Below are positions 1-9,400 of a DNA stretch of 64,000 nucleotides, one piece after another. The notes beneath the pieces were generated by a model. That model searched no databases, was not told the origin of the DNA, and saw only the letters and a program-made list of their open reading frames with translations. The position numbers and the translations under genes were made by a program. Every line of letters begins with the position of its first letter. Within the stretch, counting starts at the first letter, position 1. Source of the DNA: Candidatus Aegiribacteria sp. (GTDB lineage Bacteria; Fermentibacterota; Fermentibacteria; Fermentibacterales; JCC-6); NCBI GenBank assembly GCA_013138965.1, contig WTBT01000012.1, forward strand, positions 3,497 through 67,496, in the 5' to 3' direction.

Positions 1-114
1 CGGAGATTTGAGGAGAATACTGGATGTATTTAACGATAATATGCGGGCATTATAGCCAGCTGTGTGGGTTTTATGCCAATGTTTCATTCTCGGACAGGCT
101 CCTAGGGAGGGAAT

Positions 115-1797
115 ATGTCTGATACATTTACTGGCGAAACTTACAATACTCTGTGTATCGATGCCGAAGGATATCTGGTAAAGGAATCTCCGGAGCAGGC
201 CAGGGAATTGCTGCAGAAGGCAATCTCACTGATTGCGACCAGACCCAGAGCCAGAAGCCTTCTCGCGGATACCTGCATGAGCATGGAATTGTGGTCTGAA
301 GCAAGGTCACAGCTAGAGATACTTATAACACTCGATGAGGGAAACATCGATAATAATTTTAAACTCGCTCAGGTTCTTGAAGAGCTTGGAGAGTACCAGC
401 TGGCCACGGACAATTACAGTGTAGTACTTGATGATGAACCTGACCATCACGGCGCCAATGTTGCCATTAAAAGAATTGAAATCAGAGCCAATGAGTCCGG
501 GGTCAACCTTGCAGATATTTTCAATGCTCGCCGGGGCGACGAATCCGGAGAAACAGGCACTGATGATGGAGCGGGAGAACTCAAAGAAGGATTACAGATA
601 TTCCCTGATCTTCCATCAGATGGATTATTCGCTGATTCTGAAGATGATGAAGAAAACAGTGTGGAAAGACTCTTGAAGAATATCGGGTTATCAGATGATT
701 CTCCAGAGGAAGAAGAGGATGATATTTCAGAACTGCTGGAGAATATCGGAGTATCCACCTCCCAGACTCTGCAGTCAGCATTTGCGAATTCGGAAGATTC
801 CGACGAAGAAGGCTTTTCAGAATTTCAGAAAGAGCCTGAATCAACTGGCGATGCTGAAGCGAAGAAGAATGCTGTAAGAAGTCTGGATGAGATATTCGGC
901 ACACCATCCGTGGCGGAGGAAGAAGTGACGGAGGCTGAACCGGAGACCGAGAAGCCGGAGAAAGAGGCTGAACCGGAGATCGAGGAATCCGAGGAGGAGG
1001 AAGATGTCTCTCCCTTCATTCCGGAGTCTGAAGAAAAAGATGAGGTGGAGTCTCTCTCTTTCAATTCAGGCGATACGCTGGAGGCCATTTTCAACGCACC
1101 CGAAGCCGATGAGCCCGAGGAAGAGGAAGCTGAACCGGAGGTTGAAGAGCCCGGGGAAGAGGAAACCGTACCGGAGGTTGAAGAGCCCGAGGAAGAGGAA
1201 ACCGTACCGGAAACCGATGGGCCTGAAGAAGAAGCTGAAGCTCCTGCGGAAAAGGAAAAGATTGCAGTCGTATTGAAACAGGAGGCGGATTTATCCTTTG
1301 ATCCCTGGTCAGCAGAATCGAGACTTCTGACCGTTCATATGAAATCGGGAACTGCGCGTGTAAAACATTGCATGCTTACCATCTATGAAAAATCAATAAA
1401 GACGGGGGTTTCCGACGATGAGGTACTTGAACTTTTCGGCGAGGGAACATTCCTTCTTAACTGCGGTTCTCAAGAGCCTCTGATAGTTGATCTGAAAGAG
1501 AATATGATTATCCGTAAAGATGCAGTTGTTTTCCATACGGGAACTATTACCGCTGAGCTGCTGGATATTCCGAAAAACGATTCTCTTTACGTAATAAAAG
1601 AGAAAATCCGTGAAAAGGTGATTTTCAAAACCGATCATCCCCTGCGAGTCATTCTCCTTGGGGGCAACAATCGCGTTTTCTACCTCAGGACGTCATCCAT
1701 TATGGCAACCGACCCTGAAATACTGCTTTCCCATACTGAAGCTCCCGAGGGTTATACTGAGATAACCGGCTTTGGAAAGGTATACCTCATCGAATGA
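115..1797 (+). CDS. Hypothetical protein: N-terminal TPR-like helical region, a long highly acidic E/P-rich low-complexity middle with tandem repeats, and a C-terminal globular domain of unknown function
   Basis: 560-aa ORF with an AGGGAGGG RBS before the ATG. The protein has an acidic repeat stretch (EEPGEEETVPEVEEPEEEETVPE) encoded by roughly 36-nt DNA tandem units around 1130-1215. No recognisable catalytic motif. Confidence 0.5.
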   Translation: MSDTFTGETYNTLCIDAEGYLVKESPEQARELLQKAISLIATRPRARSLLADTCMSMELWSEARSQLEILITLDEGNIDNNFKLAQVLEELGEYQLATDNYSVVLDDEPDHHGANVAIKRIEIRANESGVNLADIFNARRGDESGETGTDDGAGELKEGLQIFPDLPSDGLFADSEDDEENSVERLLKNIGLSDDSPEEEEDDISELLENIGVSTSQTLQSAFANSEDSDEEGFSEFQKEPESTGDAEAKKNAVRSLDEIFGTPSVAEEEVTEAEPETEKPEKEAEPEIEESEEEEDVSPFIPESEEKDEVESLSFNSGDTLEAIFNAPEADEPEEEEAEPEVEEPGEEETVPEVEEPEEEETVPETDGPEEEAEAPAEKEKIAVVLKQEADLSFDPWSAESRLLTVHMKSGTARVKHCMLTIYEKSIKTGVSDDEVLELFGEGTFLLNCGSQEPLIVDLKENMIIRKDAVVFHTGTITAELLDIPKNDSLYVIKEKIREKVIFKTDHPLRVILLGGNNRVFYLRTSSIMATDPEILLSHTEAPEGYTEITGFGKVYLIE

Positions 1798-1878
1798 ATC
1801 CCAGGAGTATATCCGGCAATCTGCATTGAGCAGTTCAGGTCTGGCTGACGCCAGACAATCTGGAGCAGTATCTAAAGT

Positions 1879-1954
1879 GGGGATGTAGCTCAGTTGGAAG
1901 AGCGCTGCCTTCGCAAGGCAGAGGTCGGCGGTTCGATCCCGCTCATCTCCACCA
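1879..1954 (+). tRNA. tRNA-Ala (anticodon CGC)
   Basis: GGGGATGTAGCTCAGTTGG...GGTTCGATCC...CCA cloverleaf, with acceptor GGGGATG/CATCTCC. The anticodon loop TTCGCAA gives CGC. The 3' CCA is encoded. Confidence 0.85.
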
Positions 1955-2045
1955 GATATTTCAACCTGAATAATGCCATGAAGATGAACTCTGTTCTGCG
2001 AATTCCATCTATTGCTGCTTTATATCTTCCAGAAAGCAGGTAAAC

Positions 2046-2834
2046 TTGCAGACCGGAAACCGGATAGAAATATCCTGGATGACCCAGCCCGGCCGTCTGA
2101 TATCAAGAATGGAATCGCTTGCCGACGGTTTTCATGGTTCATCAGCTATAGCGGGAGCTGCTGCTGTTGCTGAAAACGGTTCGCCGAATTCTTGTTGTGC
2201 GGAGAAGGCGGTTGCTGTCGTAAGGGATGCTTTCGCGGAAGGTGTTGCTTACGGTGTGGAGAGTGTATTCATGGAAGCTGTTGACGAAATCAATACATTC
2301 GCCCCGGAGGGGGAATGTGATTCATTATCCATGGCAGCCGCAGTCGTTCTGGGAGATGAAGTATGGGTGTATAGCAGGGGAACCTGTCAGGTCTTTCTTT
2401 CAGTAGCTGATTTCGGCGGGGGTGACTCGGAAAATGTTGTAGATATCGAAAGCAAAGGAATAAGGCACTTAATACTTAAACCAGGCCAGTCGATCATTCT
2501 ACTAACCAGTGGTCTGAGAGAGCTTATGGGATCCGTAGCGGCTAAGAAGCACTCTTTACTCTCTGGAAAGCCCTTATCCTTCTGCCTGTCCGAGATGATC
2601 AGTGAGACACGGATAAGGTTCAGAAAAAAGGGCGGGTCTGCTGCAGCAGTCAGATTGTGCGCCGATTCTGGAAGGATGAATCTACCAGGAAAATACATGG
2701 CATACCCACTTGCCTTTCTACTTGTTGCCGCCGCTGCGGCTGTTCTTGCTCTGTGCCTCAGCAGTGAGGGGAAGGATTCTCTTATCAGGGCTGATTCAAC
2801 ATCCAACGGTGAGGTCGTGATGCCGCTGAACTGA
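2046..2834 (+). CDS. Hypothetical membrane-anchored protein, possibly a degenerate PP2C-like phosphatase domain
   Basis: 262-aa ORF. It has weak PP2C-like motif spacing (LADGFHG, VYSRG, LLTSGL) and a C-terminal hydrophobic helix (YPLAFLLVAAAAAVLALCL). The assignment is tentative. Confidence 0.35.
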   Translation: MQTGNRIEISWMTQPGRLISRMESLADGFHGSSAIAGAAAVAENGSPNSCCAEKAVAVVRDAFAEGVAYGVESVFMEAVDEINTFAPEGECDSLSMAAAVVLGDEVWVYSRGTCQVFLSVADFGGGDSENVVDIESKGIRHLILKPGQSIILLTSGLRELMGSVAAKKHSLLSGKPLSFCLSEMISETRIRFRKKGGSAAAVRLCADSGRMNLPGKYMAYPLAFLLVAAAAAVLALCLSSEGKDSLIRADSTSNGEVVMPLN

Positions 2835-2889
2835 AATTTGCGGGCTAAACCCTCTTCTCTAATTTACCATGCGTTTGTATATTCATACT

Positions 2890-3160
2890 GCCGGCTGTGC
2901 TAGGCGGGGAGCTAGCGGTGCCCTGTACCCGCAATCCGCTACAGCGGGGCTGAAACATCTGTGCGGCAATGCGTAGCGAGTTTGCATTTATGTAAGTGGT
3001 GTTGATGACCAGGACCTGTGCGGCGTCAGCCCGTGAACCCCGTCAGAACCGGAAGGTAGCAGCGGTAAGCGATGTCTGGCGGGCGATGCAGGCCAACCTG
3101 ATCTGAGCTGGCTGCAGATTGCATCTCGTGAGGCTTGTCCAGCAGATATGTACGGCCGGC
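2890..3160 (+). ncRNA. ffs: Signal recognition particle RNA, long (Bacillus-type, Alu-domain-containing) form
   Basis: The 5' part (GGCTGTGCTAGGCGGGGAGCTAGCGGTGCCCTGTACCCGCAATCCGCT) nearly matches the B. subtilis scRNA Alu domain. The domain IV motif GTCAGAACCGGAAGGTAGCAGC matches the GGUCCGGAAGGAAGCAGC consensus. The 5' end CCGGCTGT pairs with the 3' end ACGGCCGG. The location immediately upstream of dnaX-ybaB-recR is the conserved one. Confidence 0.75.
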
Positions 3161-3324
3161 ATTTACCAGGAGGTTGCCCGGCAATGGACATTGAGCAGAA
3201 GAGCCGCATAGCTGAGATGGAATGATTACAGTTTTGAAGAGAATACTGATATGTCTCTGATAATATGTGGTTCCTTATGCCGATACTGCATTCTCGGACA
3301 GCATCCTAAGGAACGGAGGTATTT

Positions 3325-4698
3325 TTGAGTTATCTGGTGTTTGCGCGTAAATGGCGTCCTCAGTCATTTGAGGAAGTTCTGTCACAGGATCACGTCACAA
3401 TTACATTGAAGAACGCAATCGATACGGAAAGAATAGGTCATGCCTATCTCCTGACAGGTCCGCGTGGTGTCGGAAAGACTACTACTGCCAGAATTTTAGC
3501 AAAGGCTCTCAACTGTGAAAATGGTCCCACCTCAACGCCCTGCCAAAAGTGCGATTCCTGCAGAAGCATCACAGCGGGTAATCATATGGATGTCAGGGAA
3601 ATAGACGGCGCAAGCAACAGGGGTATAGACCAGATAAGGGATCTCAGGGAAAAGGCGCGTTATGCTACCGCCTCGGGAAAGTATAAAATATACATTATAG
3701 ATGAAGTCCACATGCTTACGAAAGAGGCATTCAATGCTCTCCTGAAAATTCTGGAGGAACCACCGGAATCGGTTGTTTTTATTTTCGCGACAACCCAGCC
3801 CAGAAAGATCCCGGACACGATCCTCAGCAGATGTCAGCGGTTCGATTTCAGGCGCATTCCCGTATCCGATATGTCGGAGTATCTGAAAAAGGAAGCCGCA
3901 AGTGAGGGTATTACTCTGGACAGTACTGCCCTTAGTCTGGTTTGCAGGGCCAGCGGAGGAAGTATGCGGGATGCTCTTTCACTGATGGATCAGCTTGTCA
4001 GTTTTTCCGGCAATGATATCAGGGGTGAAGAAGTTGCGACATTATTTGGTATGGTGAAAACAGACCTGCTTGCTGATATCACATCGGGTATACTGGCAGG
4101 GAATACTGCTCGGGCTATAGATCATGTGTCCGGAGCCCTTGCAGAGGGATACAGTGTGGATGAACTTCTGGATGCCCTGATCGTATTCCTTCGGAATCTC
4201 CTGCTGGTTACAGCCGGCGCCTCGAACAGCCTCAGCGATGTTCCGGAATCTGAAAGCAGACTGCTTCTGAAACTGTCGGAAGACCTCCCTGATATAGCGG
4301 TACTCAATATCCTGAGAATACTCAGCAGCGCCGCCGTTGAGGTTAAACGAAGCAGCCTCCCACGAGTAACACTGGAGACAGCCGTAATGACAGCATCGAA
4401 GCTGTCCAGAGCATTTTCAATAAAAGATCTGCCCCCGGTGGCAGACAAAGTTGTTGAAAGAAACAGCCAGACTACTACTACTACGCGCGAAGCCTCACCT
4501 GAGAAAGAGATAGCCGCTGACAGCAGCCAGGAGGGGAAAGAGCAGCCTTCGGTAGAAATTGCTGAGAATAGCGAACCAATCGAAGACACCGCGATATCAG
4601 CAGAAGATGAAGAAGACGATTCTGTAGCTAATGAAGACGATGAAGAGAAGGAGAAGGAGACATCCCGGACAATTCTGGGACTCTTTGATGCCGTCTGA
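3325..4698 (+). CDS. dnaX: DNA polymerase III subunit gamma/tau
   Basis: TTG start preceded by GGAGGT. It has Walker A (GPRGVGKTT), a zinc-module Cys cluster (CQKCDSCRS), the SRC motif (LSRCQRFDFR) and an acidic C-terminal tail. Confidence 0.9.
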   Translation: MSYLVFARKWRPQSFEEVLSQDHVTITLKNAIDTERIGHAYLLTGPRGVGKTTTARILAKALNCENGPTSTPCQKCDSCRSITAGNHMDVREIDGASNRGIDQIRDLREKARYATASGKYKIYIIDEVHMLTKEAFNALLKILEEPPESVVFIFATTQPRKIPDTILSRCQRFDFRRIPVSDMSEYLKKEAASEGITLDSTALSLVCRASGGSMRDALSLMDQLVSFSGNDIRGEEVATLFGMVKTDLLADITSGILAGNTARAIDHVSGALAEGYSVDELLDALIVFLRNLLLVTAGASNSLSDVPESESRLLLKLSEDLPDIAVLNILRILSSAAVEVKRSSLPRVTLETAVMTASKLSRAFSIKDLPPVADKVVERNSQTTTTTREASPEKEIAADSSQEGKEQPSVEIAENSEPIEDTAISAEDEEDDSVANEDDEEKEKETSRTILGLFDAV

Positions 4699-4729
4699 TC
4701 ACCGATGATAGTGTCACCTGGGAGGATCA

Positions 4730-5044
4730 ATGAATCAGAAACAGTTGAAGAAAATGATGGCACAGGCACAGCAAATGCAGGCCGGGGTAATGAAGGCACA
4801 GGAAGAACTTGCTGATGCGAGAGCAGAGGGAAAAGCTGCGGACGGACTGGTCAGAGCTGTAGTTACAGGGCAGGGAGATCTGGTTGAACTGTTCATATCT
4901 CCAGAAGTTGTCGACCCGGATGATGTTGAGATGCTGGAAGATATGATCCTTGTGGCAGTGAAGAACGCGGTGAAGGCAAGCCGGAAACTTTCCGAAGACA
5001 GAATGCAGGTTCTTGGAATACCAGGCATGGGAGGATTGATGTGA
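4730..5044 (+). CDS. ybaB: Nucleoid-associated protein YbaB/EbfC
   Basis: 104 aa. Typical YbaB sequence (MMAQAQQMQ...GLVRAVVTGQGDLVEL...GIPGMGGLM) in the conserved position between dnaX and recR. Confidence 0.85.
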   Translation: MNQKQLKKMMAQAQQMQAGVMKAQEELADARAEGKAADGLVRAVVTGQGDLVELFISPEVVDPDDVEMLEDMILVAVKNAVKASRKLSEDRMQVLGIPGMGGLM

Positions 5045-5628
5045 GTTCTGCCCTCTTTGACAGGCTCGCCGAACAGTTTCAGAGGCTTCCTGGCATCGGA
5101 AGAAAAACCGCAATGAGACTGGCATTCAGTATTGTTGATAACAGGGAGCTTGCCAGGAACCTTTCCGAAGCGCTCGGAATGGTCTGGCAGAAAGTCGGTG
5201 AATGCTCAATATGCAGGAATATCACCGAGAAAGACATTTGTGATATCTGTTCAAACAGTTCCCGCATTGATTCAATATGTGTGGTTCATAATCCCGCTGA
5301 CATGAGAGCGATTGAGGATGCGGGACTTTTCAGGGGTAAATACTTTGTGCTTCATGGGTTCCTTGCGCCACTTGACGGTATAGGCCCCGGTGAACTGGGA
5401 ATCGACAGATTCCGAAAAATGATCGACAGGTTCGAGGTTGATGAGGTTATCCTTGCCCTTGATTCAACCGCTGACGGAGAGGCTACATCTTCATACATTG
5501 CCAGAATTATGGAAACAAGCCGCGTGATGGTTACAAGACTCGCCAGGGGGCTTCCTCCCGGCGCCTCCGTTGAATTTGCCGATTCCCTGACCCTGGGTCA
5601 GGCCTTTCAGGGACGACAGAAAGTCTGA
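5041..5628 (+). CDS. recR: Recombination protein RecR
   Basis: HhH N-terminus (QRLPGIGRKTAMRLAF), a C4 zinc finger (CSICRNITEKDICDIC) and a Toprim domain. It overlaps the ybaB stop by 4 nt. Confidence 0.9.
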   Translation: MSSALFDRLAEQFQRLPGIGRKTAMRLAFSIVDNRELARNLSEALGMVWQKVGECSICRNITEKDICDICSNSSRIDSICVVHNPADMRAIEDAGLFRGKYFVLHGFLAPLDGIGPGELGIDRFRKMIDRFEVDEVILALDSTADGEATSSYIARIMETSRVMVTRLARGLPPGASVEFADSLTLGQAFQGRQKV

Positions 5629-5632
5629 GAAC

Positions 5633-6238
5633 GTGTGGTTAAACTGGCCTAATCGCATAACTATAATCAGAATACTGTTAAGTCCGCTTTTCATGGTCCT
5701 TCTGATCGACAACAGGCAGGAATCAAGGATAGCTGCTCTTGTTGTATTTTCCGTAGCTTCGCTTACCGACCTTTACGATGGATATCTTGCAAGAAAGTAC
5801 GGATGGATCACTAACCTTGGCAAATTTCTTGATCCGTTAGCTGATAAATTACTGGTAGCCCTGGCGCTGATTGGCCTGAACCAGATAGATCTTGTCCCGG
5901 GATGGGCATTATATCTTATTATAGGAAGGGAACTTATGGTGACAGGTCTCAGATCCATCACTGCCTATGCAGGGGTGCTTATTCTCCCATCCCGCATGGG
6001 GAAGTACAAAACATCATCACAGATGCTTTCAATGTTTTGCTATCTGTTGTTCTCCGTACTCGGCACCACCGAAAGGGCTGGTTTTCTCCAGAGCGGTGGA
6101 ATGGACCTTTCCGCGGCAAGGAATCTTCTGCTGTCTTCGGCTGACATTCTGCTGGTTGTGGCGGTACTCCTTTCCATCATTTCAGGTGCGGACTATTTCT
6201 GGCGTAACAGATCGGTACTTAGAAGGTTGGTTCTGTGA
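5633..6238 (+). CDS. pgsA: CDP-diacylglycerol--glycerol-3-phosphate 3-phosphatidyltransferase
   Basis: CDP-alcohol phosphatidyltransferase motif DLYDGYLAR...G...DPLADKLLV in a multi-TM protein. Confidence 0.8.
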   Translation: MWLNWPNRITIIRILLSPLFMVLLIDNRQESRIAALVVFSVASLTDLYDGYLARKYGWITNLGKFLDPLADKLLVALALIGLNQIDLVPGWALYLIIGRELMVTGLRSITAYAGVLILPSRMGKYKTSSQMLSMFCYLLFSVLGTTERAGFLQSGGMDLSAARNLLLSSADILLVVAVLLSIISGADYFWRNRSVLRRLVL

Positions 6239-6702
6239 AGAATTTTGAGTTGTCCGCCGGTACGGCTGTTGCTACGGTTTTTGGCACAGGCTTCATCCCG
6301 GTTGCCCCTGGAACCGCCGGCAGTCTGGTGTCAGCGGGGCTGTTCCTGGTACTTCGACAGACTGCGGTAATCACCTGGGTACTTTGCGCATGTTTCCTTG
6401 TTCTTGGTTACTGGGGCTGCCGAGCGGGAAGAAAAAAGTGGGGTGAGGATCCTTCAAAGGTAGTGATCGATGAGTTCGTGGGGTGCTGGATATCATGTAT
6501 GGCTGTTCCATCCGACTGGGGAATTGTCGGTATTGTCGCAGCCTTCGTGCTCTTCAGAGTTTTTGATATTCTTAAACCATGGCCTGTTTCTCTTCTCGAC
6601 AGGATGAAATCAGCGGCTGGGATTCTCCTTGATGATGTCGCGGCCGGTATTATGGCGGTACTTGTTATTCTGCTTGGAAGTGTGATCCATGGGGCTCTCT
6701 GA
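6235..6702 (+). CDS. pgpA: Phosphatidylglycerophosphatase A
   Basis: PgpA family signature FGTGFIPVAPGTAGSL...VVIDEF...DILKPWPV. It overlaps pgsA by 4 nt. Confidence 0.8.
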   Translation: MKNFELSAGTAVATVFGTGFIPVAPGTAGSLVSAGLFLVLRQTAVITWVLCACFLVLGYWGCRAGRKKWGEDPSKVVIDEFVGCWISCMAVPSDWGIVGIVAAFVLFRVFDILKPWPVSLLDRMKSAAGILLDDVAAGIMAVLVILLGSVIHGAL

Positions 6703-7183
6703 AATGGAACTTGTAAAGCGCATAGGAAGCATTATGCTGAAAGCGGGGACAACACTTTCATCAGCGGAATCCTGTACCGGTGGGATGGTGGCAATGCTTC
6801 TGACTTCTATTCCCGGATCTTCAGAATGGTTCATGGGTGGAGTAACTGCCTATTCGAACGTTTTGAAGACAGGCGTTCTTAATGTTCCCGCCTCTTTGAT
6901 TGAATCGGAAGGTGCTGTCAGCAGAGATACTGCTGTGGCCATGGCCGCAGGTATAAGAAAGCTCACCGGAAGTGATTTTTCGATTTCAGTTACCGGAATA
7001 GCAGGTCCCGGCGGCGGTTCATCGGAGAAACCTGTGGGCACAGTATGTATGGCTGTTTGCAGCAGCCGGTCAGTGTCCGCTGAAATGAAAATGTTCACGG
7101 GAGACAGGGATGTGGTCAGAAGGAAGGCGGCTGACTATCTTCTTGCGAAGTTATACTGTCTGCTGGAGAAAGAGGTGAATTGA
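6689..7183 (+). CDS. cinA: CinA C-terminal domain protein (nicotinamide-nucleotide amidohydrolase PncC-like)
   Basis: SAESCTGGMVA...GGVTAYSN...VSVTGIAGPGGG is a CinA_C signature. It sits in the common cinA-thpR-recA arrangement. Confidence 0.8.
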   Translation: MGLSEMELVKRIGSIMLKAGTTLSSAESCTGGMVAMLLTSIPGSSEWFMGGVTAYSNVLKTGVLNVPASLIESEGAVSRDTAVAMAAGIRKLTGSDFSISVTGIAGPGGGSSEKPVGTVCMAVCSSRSVSAEMKMFTGDRDVVRRKAADYLLAKLYCLLEKEVN

Positions 7184-7704
7184 GGATATTTGCCGCTCTG
7201 GAGTTGCCGCAGCAGGTAAGAAAAGAAATTACCGACTGGCAAAAACCGCTGACAGCACGATATCCTTCCCTTAAATGGGTACAGGGAGACCGTATCCATC
7301 TTACACTCCGTTTTTTCGGCGATATCCCTGAATCCGGAGTGAGGAGGATATGTAGTGTTCTGTCATCGTGGCATCCGGGCCCCCTTGAATTCTCCCTTGA
7401 CAGCATCGGCTCGTTCGGAAACAAGAAATCACCCTCGGTATTCTGGCTTGGAGGGAGTTTTCCGGAAGAGGTTTCCAAAGTAGCCTTTGAGCTTGGCTGG
7501 ATCCCCGATGAAAAGGGAAGAAAGGGCGGACAAAGGTTCGTTCCGCATCTGACAATTGCAAGGCGAAGGAATTCGAGCCCGCTGCCGAAGCTGGATCCAC
7601 CGGGAGAAATAAGGGGAGTATTTGAGGAAGCGATTGTAATTAACAGCAGGTTGACCTCCGATGGTCCCGAGTATACGTTCATTGAAAGATACGATTTACA
7701 TTAA
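7180..7704 (+). CDS. thpR: RNA 2',3'-cyclic phosphodiesterase (2'-5' RNA ligase family, LigT/ThpR)
   Basis: Two H-x-T-x motifs (HLTLRF and HLTIAR) about 90 aa apart, in a 2H phosphoesterase fold of 174 aa. Confidence 0.75.
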   Translation: MRIFAALELPQQVRKEITDWQKPLTARYPSLKWVQGDRIHLTLRFFGDIPESGVRRICSVLSSWHPGPLEFSLDSIGSFGNKKSPSVFWLGGSFPEEVSKVAFELGWIPDEKGRKGGQRFVPHLTIARRRNSSPLPKLDPPGEIRGVFEEAIVINSRLTSDGPEYTFIERYDLH

Positions 7705-7721
7705 GCTGAAAGGTTGATTCA

Positions 7722-8771
7722 ATGGCTGGAAAAAAGAACGGTTCTGGTGAAAAGGATAAGGCGCTGAAGGCTGCTTTCCATCAGATTCAGAAGCAGTTCG
7801 GTCAGGGAGCCATCATGAGGCTTGGAGAAAACCCTCATATGAAGGTTGACATCATACCCACCGGCTCAATAGCTCTTGACGCTGCGCTGGGTATCGGAGG
7901 CATTCCAAGGGGAAGAGTTATCGAGATATATGGGGCAGAGGCGTCTGGCAAGACAACGCTGGCGCTTCATATAATTGCCAGTGCCCAGAAATTGGGCGGC
8001 GAAGTTGCCTTTATTGACGCGGAACATGCGCTTGATCCCGTCTATTCGGAGAAACTGGGAGTGAATATTGACGCTCTCCTGGTATCCCAGCCATCCAACG
8101 GTGAACAGGCCCTTGAGATAACGGAAATGCTTGTCAGGAGCAATGCGATCGATGTTATCGTGATAGACTCGGTAGCAGCCCTGGTTCCCAGAGCCGAAAT
8201 AGAGGGCGAAATGGGTGACAGCCATATGGGCCTTCAGGCACGTCTGATGTCCCAGGCTCTCAGGAAGCTCACTGGTATTGTTTCGCAGTCCAAATGTGCC
8301 GTAGTGTTTATTAACCAGATCCGCATGAAGATAGGGGTTATGTTCGGAAATCCTGAAACCACGACCGGTGGAAGAGCCCTGAAGTTTTACAGCAGTGTAC
8401 GGCTGGATGTACGGCGAATTGCTTCAATTAAAGAGGGGGATCAAATAATCGGCAGCCGGACAAAGATTAAAGTAGTGAAGAACAAGCTCGCCCCTCCTTT
8501 CAGAAACATCGAATGCGATATACTTCACGGCTACGGCATTTCCCGGGAGGGTGAGCTTATCGATCTCGGGCTGGATAACGAGCTGGTTGCACGCAGGGGC
8601 ACATGGTATTCCATGGGTGATACCCAGCTGGGCCAGGGCCGGGAGAAGAGCAGGCAGTTCCTTGTAGATAACCCGAAAACCGCTGATGCGCTTGAAGCTG
8701 AAATCAGGAAGATACTTGAGATACCCGGATCGGGCAGTGCCTCTGAAGAGAAACAGGAGGAGAAGGAATAG
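7722..8771 (+). CDS. recA: Recombinase RecA
   Basis: The canonical RecA sequence is clear throughout ([66 protein letters not shown]). Confidence 0.97.
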   Translation: MAGKKNGSGEKDKALKAAFHQIQKQFGQGAIMRLGENPHMKVDIIPTGSIALDAALGIGGIPRGRVIEIYGAEASGKTTLALHIIASAQKLGGEVAFIDAEHALDPVYSEKLGVNIDALLVSQPSNGEQALEITEMLVRSNAIDVIVIDSVAALVPRAEIEGEMGDSHMGLQARLMSQALRKLTGIVSQSKCAVVFINQIRMKIGVMFGNPETTTGGRALKFYSSVRLDVRRIASIKEGDQIIGSRTKIKVVKNKLAPPFRNIECDILHGYGISREGELIDLGLDNELVARRGTWYSMGDTQLGQGREKSRQFLVDNPKTADALEAEIRKILEIPGSGSASEEKQEEKE

Positions 8772-8854
8772 CTGAACTTCCAATTGAGGAAATTGGCAGC
8801 GTCAGAGTCGGGTGGCGGCTTGTAACCACCTCGAAAGGCTGCTGGCTGCTTCCT

Positions 8855-9400
8855 GTGAAGAGTATCATCTCCATGGAACTGCATACGGGCTCGATCGTGG
8901 ATACAGCTGAGATCGAAGAAGCAGCTTTTGCGGAACAGCAATCTGCAGCTCGCAGTGATACGGAGAGATACCTTTCCCTGTCTGAGCGCACATCGCATCA
9001 GCTCAGGTCCTATCTGCTCGGCAGGAAATATCTTGAAAGGGTAGTCGACGATATGCTCCTGTGGGCTTGCCGTTGCGGCCTGGTTGATGACAGGCGGTAT
9101 GCTTCTGCCTACATCCGCAGTCATTCCCGAAATTCACCTATGGGAAATTTCAGGATCAGAATGGAGCTGAAGAAGCGGGGAATTACCGACAGCATTACGG
9201 ATGAACTTCTTTCTCGACGTGATGAGGGTGACCTGCAACAAACCCTTGTAAAGACTGTGAAGAACAAGTACGGTTACCTTGAGCGGCAAACGGGGCTGCG
9301 CAGAGCAATGGGGTATCTGCAAAGGAGAGGTTTTCAATATGACCTGATCAGCAGGGTCATGGATGAGGTTTTTCGGAATTCGGGGGAACAGACGGATTGA
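8855..9400 (+). CDS. recX: Regulatory protein RecX
   Basis: It lies immediately after recA. It has a three-helical-repeat organisation with RecX-like segments (ERYLSLSERTSHQLRSYLLGRKY, DDRRYASAYIRS). The N-terminal start may be 6-15 codons further in. Confidence 0.7.
   Translation: MKSIISMELHTGSIVDTAEIEEAAFAEQQSAARSDTERYLSLSERTSHQLRSYLLGRKYLERVVDDMLLWACRCGLVDDRRYASAYIRSHSRNSPMGNFRIRMELKKRGITDSITDELLSRRDEGDLQQTLVKTVKNKYGYLERQTGLRRAMGYLQRRGFQYDLISRVMDEVFRNSGEQTD

Noticed and set aside
2988-3209. 73-aa minus-strand ORF
   Set aside because: It lies entirely within or antisense to the SRP RNA gene. An RNA gene explains the conservation-like signal here.
4122-4799. 225-aa minus-strand ORF antisense to dnaX
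   Set aside because: Ser-rich low-complexity translation of the antisense strand of a strongly supported gene. No RBS.
8531-9124. 197-aa minus-strand ORF spanning the recA/recX junction
   Set aside because: Antisense to two confidently identified genes. Composition-driven open frame.
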